Origin: Fonticula alba ATCC 38817
Lineage: Eukaryota > Protista > Nucleariida
Reading direction: 5' to 3' (one strand)
DNA: 38,078 nucleotides
Assembly: GCA_000388065.2 (NCBI GenBank)
Contig: KB932206.1
The position numbers and the translations under genes were made by a program. Positions 23,301 through 34,836 of the stretch are shown in pieces. The stretch's first letter is position 1, and each line of letters begins with the position of its first letter. The notes beneath the pieces were generated by a model, which made no database searches, had not been told where the DNA came from, and saw only the letters and a program-made list of their open reading frames with translations.

Positions 23301-26300
23301 GGGAGCAAGCATGGTTAGGGCGGGCGAGAGGGCCGGGAGGAGCGCAGGGGGGATTCCCGTTGGTCGGGGCACGCTTGCAGGGCACCCGCGAGCGGCCAAG
23401 AACGAACCGATGCCGCCCGAATAGGTAATCACGGTGACCGGGCCGTGGGAGCTGCCGAAGGCCGTCGGCGTGACGCAGGTGATGTGGTTTGAGCTGATGA
23501 AAGTCAAGGAATAGAGGCACGAATGGCCGGCAACACTGGGCAGGGAGAGGGGGCGGAGGAGGGTCAGCCAGGTCGGCCCGCGGTGGGGGAGGGTGCGCAA
23601 ATGGGGCAGCCGCCACGTACATGACATCGGCGATGTCATCGCGCGATGTGCCCAGGAAGTCGCCGCGAATTTGGACCAGGGTGAATCCCGAAACGAGGCC
23701 CTCGGCCGGATCGAAGCCCAAAACGCGAGGAGCTAGACGAGTGGCGAGTCGCACGCAAGGACGAATGGAGGCAGGTGCCGGCGGGTGAGTGTGAATAGAT
23801 GTGCGCCTGGGCGGCGGAGGCAGCACACGCCCGAGGGGGCATTGTTGGGAGGAGACAGGGAGAGACAGAGAGAGAGAGAGAGAGCCGAAAGAGAGGCCGT
23901 CAGCGCACCCATCATGTACGTGAAGATGGCGTTGTCCAGGTCCTTGCCACTGCCGCCCTGGAGGCAGACGCCCGCATCGGGAAGAAGACGTCAGTATAAC
24001 GGAATGAGCCCCATGCTGCGGCGGAAGGAGGTGAGGGCAAGACCGCCAGTGGCCATGACGTACGGAGGCCGTTGTGACCACCACCGGGCCGGACACGCCG
24101 TTGGCCGGGGTGAAGCACTTCAACTGCGACGGGCTGACATACTCCAGAGACTGGAAGCAGCTAATGCCGCCCACCGTGACATCGAGGACGTCGGCACGAT
24201 TCTGGCCAAGCGACTCGCCCACGATTAGGATCTGCGTGTTGCCGGTCTGCGGCCCGCTATCGGGCGTGACCGATCGGACGTGCGGAGCTGGTGTGACATG
24301 AGGGNNNNNNNNNNNNNNNNNNNNNNNNNNNNNNNNNNNNNNNNNNNNNNNNNNNNNNNNNNNNNNNNNNNNNNNNNNNNNNNNNNNNNNNNNNNNNNNN
24401 NNNNNNNNNNNNNNNNNNNNNNNNNNNNNNNNNNNNNNNNNNNNACAAGCGGGGAGGGGGCAGGCCCTGCAGGGCAGGGCGCGCAAACGCACGCAGGTTA
24501 TAGGTGAAGACGGCCTCGCCATCGGAGGCGCCGCCACTGCGAGTGGTCACGATGACCGGGCCGCTCAGCGGCTCGGCCGAGGGGCTGGACGTGCAGGTGA
24601 TATCGCCGTTGTTGGCAATCTGCACATTGAGACAGGGGAGTCCAGCCAGGGTAACCAGCAGGATGTCATCCAGCGAGTCACCAAGCAGATGGCCGGAGAT
24701 GGTGACCGTCGTGCCGCCCTGAAGCGGGCCTGAGGATGGGACAATCGCGCTGACAAAGGGGGCTGGGGGCACGCGTGCGAAGGGGAGTCGTGGGGGGGGG
24801 GGGGAAGAGATATTAGCATGCCCCGAAGCGCATGCGAGCACACACCATTAGCAGGGACGCACCAAGGTTGTAGGTGAACTGGACGCTCTTCGACCCGCCG
24901 GGGCCGGAGTGAACGTTGGTGACGATCACATTCCCACGGATCTGCATGCAATGGCAGGGACAGGGGGAGGAGGAGTCAGGAGGTCATACAGATATACGTA
25001 GACACATGCGCGCGTGCATGCACATGCGGAGGGGGGGGTGGTGGTGGTAAACGCACGGAGTTCGAGGAGGCACCCGAGGTGCAGCTCAGATGGGTGGAGT
25101 TGCGCAGGGTGATGCTCTTGCAAGGGACATCGGCCAGTGTGATGCTCTCAATGTCGTCGGTGGTAGAGCCGAAGTCTGATGAAAGGCGGAGGGGCAGTTG
25201 GGGCAGGCGGAGAAAATGCGTGAGGAGGACAAGAGGAACAAGGGGCTCCCTGATGAGATGCCAAAGGGGAAGGAAAGGCAAGAGCAAGGGGGCCTACGTT
25301 CTCCGACGATATTAACGCGAGTGCCGCCAGACATGGGGCCCGAAGAGGGGGAGATCGAGCTAACCACCGGGGCTGGATATTGCAAAGAGGGGGGGGGGGG
25401 GAGGGGGGAGGAGAAGGAAGCCTGGTTAGGTGAGACACAGCAGGGAGGCATCGCCAAGGGATGGCACGCACGCTCGAGGAAGGTAAACATGATGGGTTCG
25501 CTGCTGGAGCCGCCCTTCTCGGTGACGATGTACACCCGCAGCTGGCCGGCATTGAGGACCTGGAGGAAGGGGACGTTAATGTTCCGAGGGAAGGGGCACA
25601 AACAGACTGGCATGCGAAGGGCAAGCAAACATACTCGGGGGGTGATGCACTCGATCTCGGACGTCGAGACCTTGAGATACTCGCAAGGGTAGTTATCAAA
25701 GCGCACGGCGACAACAGGATCGTCGGCTGATGTTTTGCCATCGTGAGTGAGTGTAAGTATGTATGTATGTATGTGTGCGTGTGTGTGTGTGTGTGCGGGG
25801 GTGTAAAGATGAGGGGCGGGAGAGGGGGAGAATGTTGGTCGGGGCCATGTGACGATGGGAGGAGACATGCCCCAGGGGAGCACAGCGTGCCGTACCGGGA
25901 AGATAGGCCTTCAGGGTGACCACCGTGTCGCCGGTCTTGGGCCCGAGCGTGGGAGTGATGGAGGTGACTTGGGGGGCTGTGGGGGGTGCCGGGTGTCAGC
26001 ATCTGTGGTCCGGCGCCGCAGGCGGCGGAGGCAGCCACATGTGTGTTCATGCGGTTTTGTGGTGTCACGACTGTGCATGTGCATGCGTGTATGTGGGTGC
26101 AGGCGAGTGTGCGCGCGCGCTTGGACACGCTCATGCACGAACCATTGTGGTAGGTGAAGTCGTCGACCGAGTCCAGGTGCTCGTCCTCGCTGAAGAGCAG
26201 CCGCACCGGGGCCACAGTGTTCTGGGGCGCCGGGCCCTGAGCACAAGGAACAGCGAAGGGCATCGACAGGTCAGAAGGAATGAACAGCCCCCATGAGGAC

Positions 26301-27162
26301 AGCGAGCCGGCCCCGACGCACCGTCATGCAGGTAATCTTCTCCGGCTGGCCATCCGAGAATCGCACATTGGAGCAAAAGTTGCCGGCCTATGACAAGAGG
26401 CAGGAGCAAGCAGATAGGCAGGATCGAAGGAGGAGCGGGGTCGCGAGCATGGACATGCCCCGCGCAGGGTGATGGGTTAGCGGAAGGAGGGAAGGCGGTG
26501 CGGGCATCCCCAGCAGTTGACGCACGATGGTCACCGAAGAAACAACATCCAGGTTGATCCCGGTCACGGTGAGCAAAGTCCCACCATGCTGAGGGCCGGA
26601 CTTTGGCGAGAAATCCAGGATCACCGGCGCCGGGGCAGGGGGCTCGGGGTCCGAGCTGCTTGAGCTACCGGATCCATCCCCGGGGCTGCTGGAGCCGCTA
26701 CCCTCCGGCGGGGTAGAGCCGCTGCCCTCCGGCGGGGTAGAGCCACTGCCCTCCGGCGGGGTAGAGCCGCTGCCCTCTGGGGGAATGGAGCCGCTGCCCT
26801 CCGGAGGAACAGAGCCGCTGCCCTCCGGGGGAATGGAGCCGCTGTCATCTGACACATTCAAGACACGCGAGGCACTCGGGCTGTCGGGAAGGGAAACCGA
26901 GGCTGCGGCGACATGAGGGACATAGGAGGCATGAGGTGAGCACGGGCATGCGTGTTTGGGTGCGGGCTATGCCGGGGCAGGAGACAGGAGCAGCCCTGGC
27001 AGGCAGGAGGAGGCACGCACATCGGCCCTGGACAGCGGGCAGTAGAGATACCCCGACGGCGACGGCCAACAGAGCGACCAGGACGGTCAAGCGCAGCAGC
27101 AGGGGGAGCCGAGACGAGGAGCGCCCGGCGCTCGGGGCGGAGTCCAGCCTGGCGGAGGACAT
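22804..27162 (-). CDS. Type-I membrane protein: signal peptide, Ser-Gly repeat stalk, six IPT/TIG domains, one TM helix, ~55 aa cytoplasmic tail
   Basis: Hydrophobic leader LPLLLRLTVLVALLAVAVGVSLLPAVQG. Six repeats of the form P-x-[IV]-x-x-x-x-P-x-x-G-x-x-x-G-x-T..C..C..FTY. TM segment VGIVSCAAFIGIMLLVVLLVVIGIATYVLIYYV. At least 16 exons, with one short exon probably hidden in the 23141-23262 gap. Confidence 0.9.
26691..26846 (-). repeat. Coding 24-bp tandem repeat, about 6.5 units, encoding PPEGSGS[TIV]
   Basis: On the + strand, units such as GAGCCGCTGCCCTCCGGCGGGGTA repeat with mostly third-position variation. Confidence 0.95.
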
Positions 27163-28301
27163 TCTACGCGTGGCAATCAGCCGCGAGGGGGGAGGTGGAG
27201 GGGCAGAAGCGACGGGGGGAGGACACACGGGCTGNNNNNNNNNNGGGGCAGAAGCGACGGGGGGAGGACACACGGGCTGCGCGGGGGGGGGGGGGGCTGT
27301 GTGAGGAGAAGACGGGAGAAGAGAGAGGGGAAGGAGACTGATGCCTGCGGCCGAGCCTCGGCGTGGTATACCACTGCCCTTTCGGGCAGCTGGTGCAGAT
27401 CGCGCGACCCGGCTGTCGGCGCTGAGCAGCTCGCCTGCCCAGCTCTGCCAGGGGTGTGTCTCGCCCTGATCGCCCCGGCCAGGGGCGGGGACCATTGGGC
27501 CCAGCCTGCCGGCTGGGGCCGTGCACCAGGCCCGACAGGAGGGGACCCACACAACTGGGCAGGGCCGGCCTGGGACGGTGCGACATTCGGGGTGGCGGCG
27601 CGATCGCCTCCGGACGCGCCCTCGCCTGCACACACCCCCCCCCCCCCCCCGCCTCTGGCGCCCGGTCGCCGGCCAGCGCCGACCGGCTGGCTGGCGCCGC
27701 CCCGCGCGGGGCCCCCCCCCCGTCTCCGACAGATGCCACAATAACACACGGCCGTCCTTCCCATCGGGTTGTCCTCGAAAATCGGCGGCGCGCAACGCAC
27801 GGGCGTCACGCGACCGGCGGGTCACGCGAACGCGGGCCCAAATTGCCCTCCCGATCGCTCCGTGGCAGCGGGCGCGCGCGCGCGCGCCCCCATTGCTTTT
27901 CGGTCCGGCCCTTTTGTGCATCCGCTCCCGGTTCGGCAGTTTCACTGGAGCGCGCGCGGGCAGCTCTGCTGGCCAGGCCCGAGGCGCGTTCCTTCACCCC
28001 CGGGCAGGGGCCCCTTCTCTCATTTGGGCCGGGCTCTCCTGCGCGGGCTTTGTCGGGGACCCCGCCATCTGCCGTTGGTCTTCACGCCCCCTCCGCCCCT
28101 CCCTCCTTCGCCCTCCCCTTCCTCGGCCCTCGCACATCCCACCCCGCCCTTTCCCCCTCCTTCCCCCATTCGCGCCTCCCTGGGCGTCCGCCGCTGCTCC
28201 GGCCTCCGTTGGTTCTCATCTCGCCGCCAGAGGGCCACCGCGGGCGAGGGGGCGTCAGAGCCGGGGGACACCGCTCGGCCGGGTGTCGGTTGTTTGCGAG
28301 C
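27163..28301. promoter_or_regulatory. Probable divergent promoter region between the TIG protein (-) and GCP2 (+)
   Basis: Head-to-head orientation, ~1.1 kb. G-rich on the left and C-rich on the right, consistent with two outward 5' UTRs. Confidence 0.45.
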
Positions 28302-31300
28302 ATGTCCAGCCAGGTCCCCTTTCGACTTGAGTTTCTCGTCCACCAGCTGGCCAGTGGTTGCGGACTGGAGGCACACGCGGCCGACATATCCGCCGCCCTC
28401 CAGTCGGACGCCGCTCCGCCGGCGAGCGATGGGCGCATGGTGCGCCCGGCTCTCTTTTCCGTGGGCCTCCCTCCTGACTTTGAATGTTCCCCACCGAGCA
28501 TCCGTGACACTGACGGCATCTCCTCCGGACCAGAACACCACCTTCCTCGGCATCCTTCGCCATGTCTTCCGCGGGGGGGATTTTCTTCAGCTGTGCGTGC
28601 GCGCTCGGATCTCGCTGCCCATGCATCTTTGCTCTCTTAACCCCCCCCCCCCCCGCATCCCCGTGTGCAGCCACCAGCAGATTGCCGCCTATCTGGGAGA
28701 GGACGCCTCGGCCGAGCGGTCGCCACGCACCTTCTCCCTGTATCGATCGGTGGTTGTCTATTTGTCGCGTGTGCGGCCGGAGCTGTTCAGCAGAACGTCC
28801 GCCGCCTCTGTGACGAGTTCCGCGTCGGCAGCCCGGAGCCCGGCCAGGCCAGTGCCATCATCTGTCCCGGCGACAAGTGCATCCGCTTCCGCTCGTCGTG
28901 ATGTCGCGTCCGCCATGGTGTCCACCTCGCGCATGGCGGGCCCGCCGGCCGCGGCCCCCCCGGCCCGAGTGCCAGCCTCCGCTGCTGGCCCGGCTTCCGT
29001 GCAAACGGCCGGGTCCTCGGCATCCACATCGAGTCTTCCGGCTGCCCCCGGTCGGTCCTCCGGGCCACCGCGCCCAGTAGCCCTTGACACCGCTCTGCCG
29101 CCGACTCGGCCGGCCTCTCCTCCTGGGCCCGCTTGGTGCTTGTTGCCGAAGCCTTGCATGCCGGGGCTGGATGTTGCTCCGCCCGCATGGATGCAGCCCA
29201 CCTCGCCACACGCCTACATCCCGGCTGTGGCGCAGCAGCACGCACACCCGGGTGGCAAGCTTGCCTCTGCCGCGGCGGCCCCCCTGACCGGGCAGGCCTT
29301 CTCCACGCAGGAGCTTCTCATTGTCGAGGATCTGGTACGTGCACATTCCAACGCACACACACACACACACACACTTTCTTTTTTGCTTTTCAATGTTGTA
29401 TATCAAATTCTGACCCTGCTTGACCTGGCGTGTGTATGTGCGTGAATGTGCGTCGATATGTACATGTGTGTATGCATGCATGCATATACGTGTGTGTGTG
29501 TGCGTGTGCCGATGCGTGTCTGGATGCTTGCGTGCAAACATGTATGTGTGAATGTCTGGCCGCATGTGCACGGGCGGCTGCCACAGCTTTTCGTCATGCT
29601 CGGGTATGACGGACAATACCTGCGTTGCGCCTATCCCCCGGAGGATCGGCACCCGGCCGGCACGATGGGCTTCGATCCGCTGCGAGCGGTGTCCCATTTC
29701 GATCGCGCCTACCTGTCCATCGCGCCTGGCATGGACCCGACTGTACGGCCGACCCTGGATCCGCTCTTCTTCACCTCCGGGGCCCTTGTGCGATTGGGAC
29801 TTCTAACAGCCTCTTCCCTTGCCCTTGCCTTGGTAGATTGCCGGCCTGCTTGGCCGGGCCCTGCCGCTGGTGTCCTCGCACCGGGCGCTGGTGGCATTCA
29901 TCGAGTCGCAGTGGATGCCGCGGCATTCGGCGGGCTCTCGGACAGCCGCCGTGGCCGCCTTCTCCCCGGTGGAACGAGCCCTGGCGCGCGCGCTGCAGCA
30001 CATCCTCGGCGAATATCACCGGCTGGTATCGCAGCTGGACCAGGCCTTTCGCACCGGGCGCCTGAGCAGTGCCCGGTTGGAATACCACCACCGGCGGCTT
30101 GCCACGCCGACCGGGGCCGATGGCCTGTCCTCGGGTGGGCTTTTCGAATTGACCTTCCCGGAGGTGGCTCTGCCAGCGGAGGTGGCAGCGGCGTCCGGCC
30201 AGTCGGCCGGCCTGTCGTCCTTGATCCTGGCCGTGGAGCCGATCTCCACCGGCTTCCAGGCCGTTGCGCATGCCCTCCGGCGGGTGGTCGGCGCGTTCGG
30301 GGTCGCGCGTTCGCCGGCCTGCGGGCACCGTGTTTGTGCCCTCTCCGATGGCCGGCGCATTTCCCAATTCTGGGAGTGGTCGGAATCCTGCCGCGGGCAC
30401 GTCCTCCCCCTCTGTGGCCAGCAAGCCGCGGCCTGTCTCTTTTTTTCTCTCGGCTCCCCCTCTGACCCTCTGCCACAGCGATCAGCCCCTCTACTCCCTG
30501 TCGCAGCACCTGGTCCGGGCCATGAGCCAGCCCTACTTGCGAGCGGTGGACACCTGGATGGCGGAGGGCCGCCTGCCCGAGCATTTGGTGGGCTTCTGTG
30601 TCCGGATGGCCTCTCGCGAGGAGGTGCGCCCCCCTCGTCCCCCGCCCCGGGCATGCCCGCGTTCCTCGCCCCCTCTCGGCTTCGCTTCTTGTTCTCTCTC
30701 TCTCTCTCTCTCCCCCCCCCCCCCGCATGGCTCTCCAACGCTGACCCTCACACCTGGCCACCTAGATCCGCCGCGCTGCTCCCCTCAAAAGCCACCCCGA
30801 TGACTACTGGTCCTATCGATACTACCTGCCCCTGGTGGAGGAGCCGGAGGCCGGGACCCCGGTTTCCGAGCACCAACTCCGTGTTGTCACCCTGCCGCGG
30901 TATTTGCACGCGGTCGACCTGCCGCCCTTCCTGGCTCCGTACGCCCAGCTGGTTCTGGACGCCGGACGGTATGTCAACATCCTGCGGTATTGTCGTCAGG
31001 CGTCCGGGCGTTCGGTGGGCGGCCCTGGGCATCAGGGCTTCCCGGCCCTGGGGGGCGATATGGTACGTCGAGCGGCTGGGAGCCCATGGACCATTGGCGG
31101 TTTGCACAGGGAGCTGCCCTTGCCCTGACCCTCGCCCCCTGTCCGGGCTCGCCGGTTTGCCCGTAGCTGCCCTTCTCGGCCGACCCGGCGGCCTACTCGC
31201 GGCACATTGGCGCGGCACATGGCCATGCGTCGGCCGCGTTGTTGGATCTGCTGAGGGCGGCGCCGGTGCTGCCCTCGGCCATGGGCCCGGCCGCCCCGCT

Positions 31301-33065
31301 GTCGGGCATCGACCTGCACTTGACCAATGCCTCGCGTCTCTTTCTCGGGGTCGCCGGCGCCGGGGGCGACATGCTGATCGACTCCTTCCTGGACCAGCTG
31401 GAGCAGTTGCAGGACCATTGGCGCGCGGAGGCCCTGCGCGGCCTGTGGCTCGGCTTCCAGGGCCCTGGCGTTGCGGGGGACCCGCGCCACCCGGCCGTCC
31501 AGCGGGCCTTCGACCAGGCCGTGGCCACCGGGCGGGTTCTGCTCAATCCCGGGGCTCTGGATGCCGGTCGGGATCGGCTGGACTGGACGTCCGGCGAGTG
31601 GCTGGGCTCCGATGGCTCGCCCCCCTCGCTGGTGCGTGTCAGCTACGCCGAGCACCCGGTGCTGCTGCACCTGCTGCAGGTCCTGGGCGAGCACAAGGCC
31701 ATGGCGTCGCAGCGCCGGGGCCCGGGGCCGACCTCCACCCTGGCCGGCCATGATGGTGCTCGGCCTGGCTCGTCGGCTGGGGCCGGCTGGCGCCGGGCCC
31801 CGGAGCACATGCTGGAGCTGGAGCGCCAGCGGCTGATCAGTGTCTCGCTGCAAGTTCCCTGGCCCTTCTCGTTGGTGCTTCCCCAACGGTCGCGCATCAA
31901 GCTGGACCTGATCTTCCGCTGGCGATTGGCCCTGGCACATGCGGAGCGTGCGCTGGCTCGGGCGGTGCTTCAGCGGGCGCTCGTGGCCCGGCGCGACCGC
32001 CGGCGCTCGCGCTGGGCAGCCATCCACCCGGCAAGCTCCTCGCACCTGCCGGCCGCCCAGCAATCGCACTCCTTCCTTCACATTCGCCAGCTGGACCGAC
32101 AAATTGGCTCGCTCGCCAGCTGGATGGCACACGTGGTCCGGTGCCTTCGGGCGCACACGGCCGCCGAAATCCTCGGCCAGCTGTGGGCCGACTTCGAGCA
32201 GTATTATCGATCGGTGCGCGCCTCCTCCCCCCCCCCCCCCTTCCTTCCTTTCTCCTCGCCGCATGTGGGCCGGGGTCCAGCTCCCCGTGCGCCGCTGGCT
32301 TCTTCCTCATCGCCGCCCCCTGTGCCCGGCGCTCCGCCATTGGCCCTGTCCTGGCGTGGTACCTCCCCACCTGTCTGACCTTCCGGTTGTCTCTGGCCAA
32401 TGGCCCTGACAGGTCCGCACCCTGGACGAGTTGGTCTTCCGCCATAATGCCTTCCTTGACAGCTGCCTCCGAGAGCTGATGCTCTCGGATAGCAAACTCA
32501 TTCAGGTACGACCGAGCGCCAGGGCCCGGGGGCCCCTTGTGCCTCGCCCTTCTTTTGCCTCTCCCTTTCGGGACCTCTCTTGCTTGATGTGCCCCCCCCC
32601 CCTCCCCTCCGCCCGTGTTTGCCTGCTCACGCGTGCATGCGACCAGATCACGCACAATCTTCTTTCGATTGTGGAAGTATTTTGCGACTACCTGGAACGC
32701 CTGCCGGCCAGCGAGCGTCATGATCCACGAACCGAACGTCCTGCCGGGGGTGGTCCTCCCCCGCCCGGGACAGCCGGGCCGCTGACCGAGTACACCCGGC
32801 ACCCGGGTGCCCTGGGGTCCGCGGCCCCGACAGCTGCGACCCCGGCGCTGACGCCCAGCCGCGCCCGGCTGGCGCTCGAGTCCATCGAGAGCATCCGCAA
32901 AGCCTTCGACAAGACCATGGCCACCCTGGTGCATGTGCTGGTGGCACGCGCGGCTCAGGATGGCCTGCGGTCCTGGAAGGACCTGGCCGAGTCGATCAAC
33001 TTCCCCCTGCTGGACCGTGGGACGCTCGAGGCCAGGCCGGTGTATGTGTCATCGGCCCGGTCCTA
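28302..33065 (+). CDS. Gamma-tubulin complex component, Spc97/GCP2-like, divergent
   Basis: Motifs QELLIVEDL|LFVMLGYDGQYL, LVSQLDQAFRTGRLS, SQPYLRAVDTWM, DDYWSYRY, PPFLAPYAQLVLDAGRYVNILRYC, VPWPFSLVL and LDELVFRHNAFLDSCLRELML follow GRIP1/GRIP2 of GCP2. About ten exons; one donor near 30300-30400 is unresolved. Confidence 0.85.
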
Positions 33066-33333
33066 GGGGCGCGTCGCTGTAGAGATAGAAATATATACCC
33101 ATGCCCACCCATACACAGATGCCTGTTGGCACTTGGCCATCTCCCGGTGGGGGAGGAAAGCTGCCCAGCGGAGGGGATACAAAGGGGGTCTATTGTGGGC
33201 GTGTGTGTGGGTGTGGATGTGTGTGCGCGGGCGCGGGCACGAGCAAGCACAGGGATGCGAGGCAGGGGGACACGGAGGGACCATCGCAAGCAGGCATGAC
33301 CGAGGCAGGGTGGCCGCCTGCCCAGCACGCCGG

Positions 33334-33862
33334 TCAACGGCGGCCGCCCTTGCGCTTGGTGGACGCCGTGCCGGTCGGGTTCTCGGCGCGGTCGATGATC
33401 TCCCGCTCGCTGAGGCGCCGGAAGACATACGTCTTGGCGCCCTTCTTGGTGATCTCCTCGTTCTCGGTGCGGGAGATGCCATCCACGGCGCCGCGCGTGC
33501 GCCGGTGCGAGTAGCCCGGATAGTGCTCCGGCAGGAACTCCCGCGCCTCGCGCAGGGTGAAGGCCCCGGTCCGCTGGGCCAGCTTGGTGACGCGCCAGCG
33601 GTCGTACGGCTCGCCGCGCTTGATGGTCAGGTGCACCACACCGCCCGGGGACAGCAGGCGCGCGGCCGACATCAGGAAGTCAAAGATCAGGGTCTGGTTG
33701 GCCTCGATGTTGCGATCGATGTCGGAGATGCTCAAGCCCACATGGGGGAAGTGGAAGGCAATGACATCGAAGCGGATGCGCCCGGTGGCCGCCGCGCGCG
33801 ACCGCTCCAGGTAGAGGGCCTCGTTGTCGCTGTCATCATCATCATCATCGTCATCATCATCA

Positions 33863-33895
<33 letters not shown>

Positions 33896-34836
33896 GCACT
33901 GTCGCCATCGTCGCTGTCCTCCTCGGCATCGGCGTCGCTGTCCTCCTCGGCATCGGCGTCGCTGGCGGCCTTGGCCTCCGGGCCTTCGGCCATGGGGTCC
34001 TCGCCATCGGCCTCGGGGTCGGCGTCGCTGGCCTCGGACTCGGTCACGTCTTCCTCCAGGTCAGACTCGCTGTACTGCTGCTGCTGCTGGTCCTCATCCT
34101 CATCCTCGTCAGTGGACGACTCGTCATGCAGGCGGCCCTTGTCCAGCTCGATCTCGGCCTTGGTCTTCTGGCGCTTGCGCTGGGGCTTGGCCCCCCCGCC
34201 GGGGGCGCTGTCATCCTCGGAGGCCGAATCGTCGGCCGCGGTGAAGCCCTCATCGCCGCCGAAGACCACGTCGATGGTGCGCGCGTCGATGCCAAACATG
34301 ATGGTGCCGTCGGCCGCATCCACGGCCATGGCATTCTTCTCGGCATCGGCGTACTTGGCCGCGCAGGTTTCCTCATCGTCGTAGGTGGTGGCGATCATGC
34401 GCGACGCGGAGCCCAGGTTCTGGGCCAGCGCCGCGGCGAAGGAAAAGTTCCCCTCGCCCACCAGCAGGATCCACTGGTGCGGCTGGTAGAGTCCCCGCGG
34501 GTTGGCCAGGGCCGCCTTCCGCCGGGCGGACTTGCTCAGCTCAACCGCCTGCTTCGGGGTGGCCGGCAGCTGGGCAGCCGCGGCCACGGCGGCGGCCTTC
34601 ATGGCCGCCCGGTCCAGCGGCACCAGCGCCGGGGCGTCGGCATCCTCGGCCGCCGGCACGCGAGGCTGGCCGTGCTGCTGGCGCAGGGCGGCCGTGATGT
34701 TCTTCGACCGCTGGCGGTCCTGCTTCCGCCGGGCGGTCTGCTGCTTGAGGCTCTTGCTGAGCGCGGCAACGCCAAGCGCCCGGCGCGACCGCAGGGGGTC
34801 CACATGGCGCGATTGGTGCTTCTTCTTGGCGGCCAT
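33334..34836 (-). CDS. Bmt5/DUF2431-type rRNA (uridine-N3) methyltransferase with a large acidic insertion
   Basis: Motifs ILLVGEGNFSFAAAL, IATTYD, FGIDA, FDVIAFHFPHVG, NQTLIFDFL, YDRWRV and YPGYSHRRT. Basic N- and C-termini. Intronless from ATG at 34836. Confidence 0.88.
33833..33894 (-). repeat. Coding (GAC)n(GAT)n trinucleotide run, about 21 Asp
   Basis: TCA/TCG repeats on the + strand inside the Bmt5-like ORF. Confidence 0.95.

Noticed and set aside
26691-26846. Regular 24-bp repeat as a possible CRISPR array
   Set aside because: No unique spacers. It is in frame within a eukaryotic exon and no cas genes are present.
27201-27281. Direct duplication of about 35 bp on both sides of a 10-N gap (also at ~36922-37003)
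   Set aside because: Typical unmerged contig overlap. It is not a target-site duplication or a real repeat.
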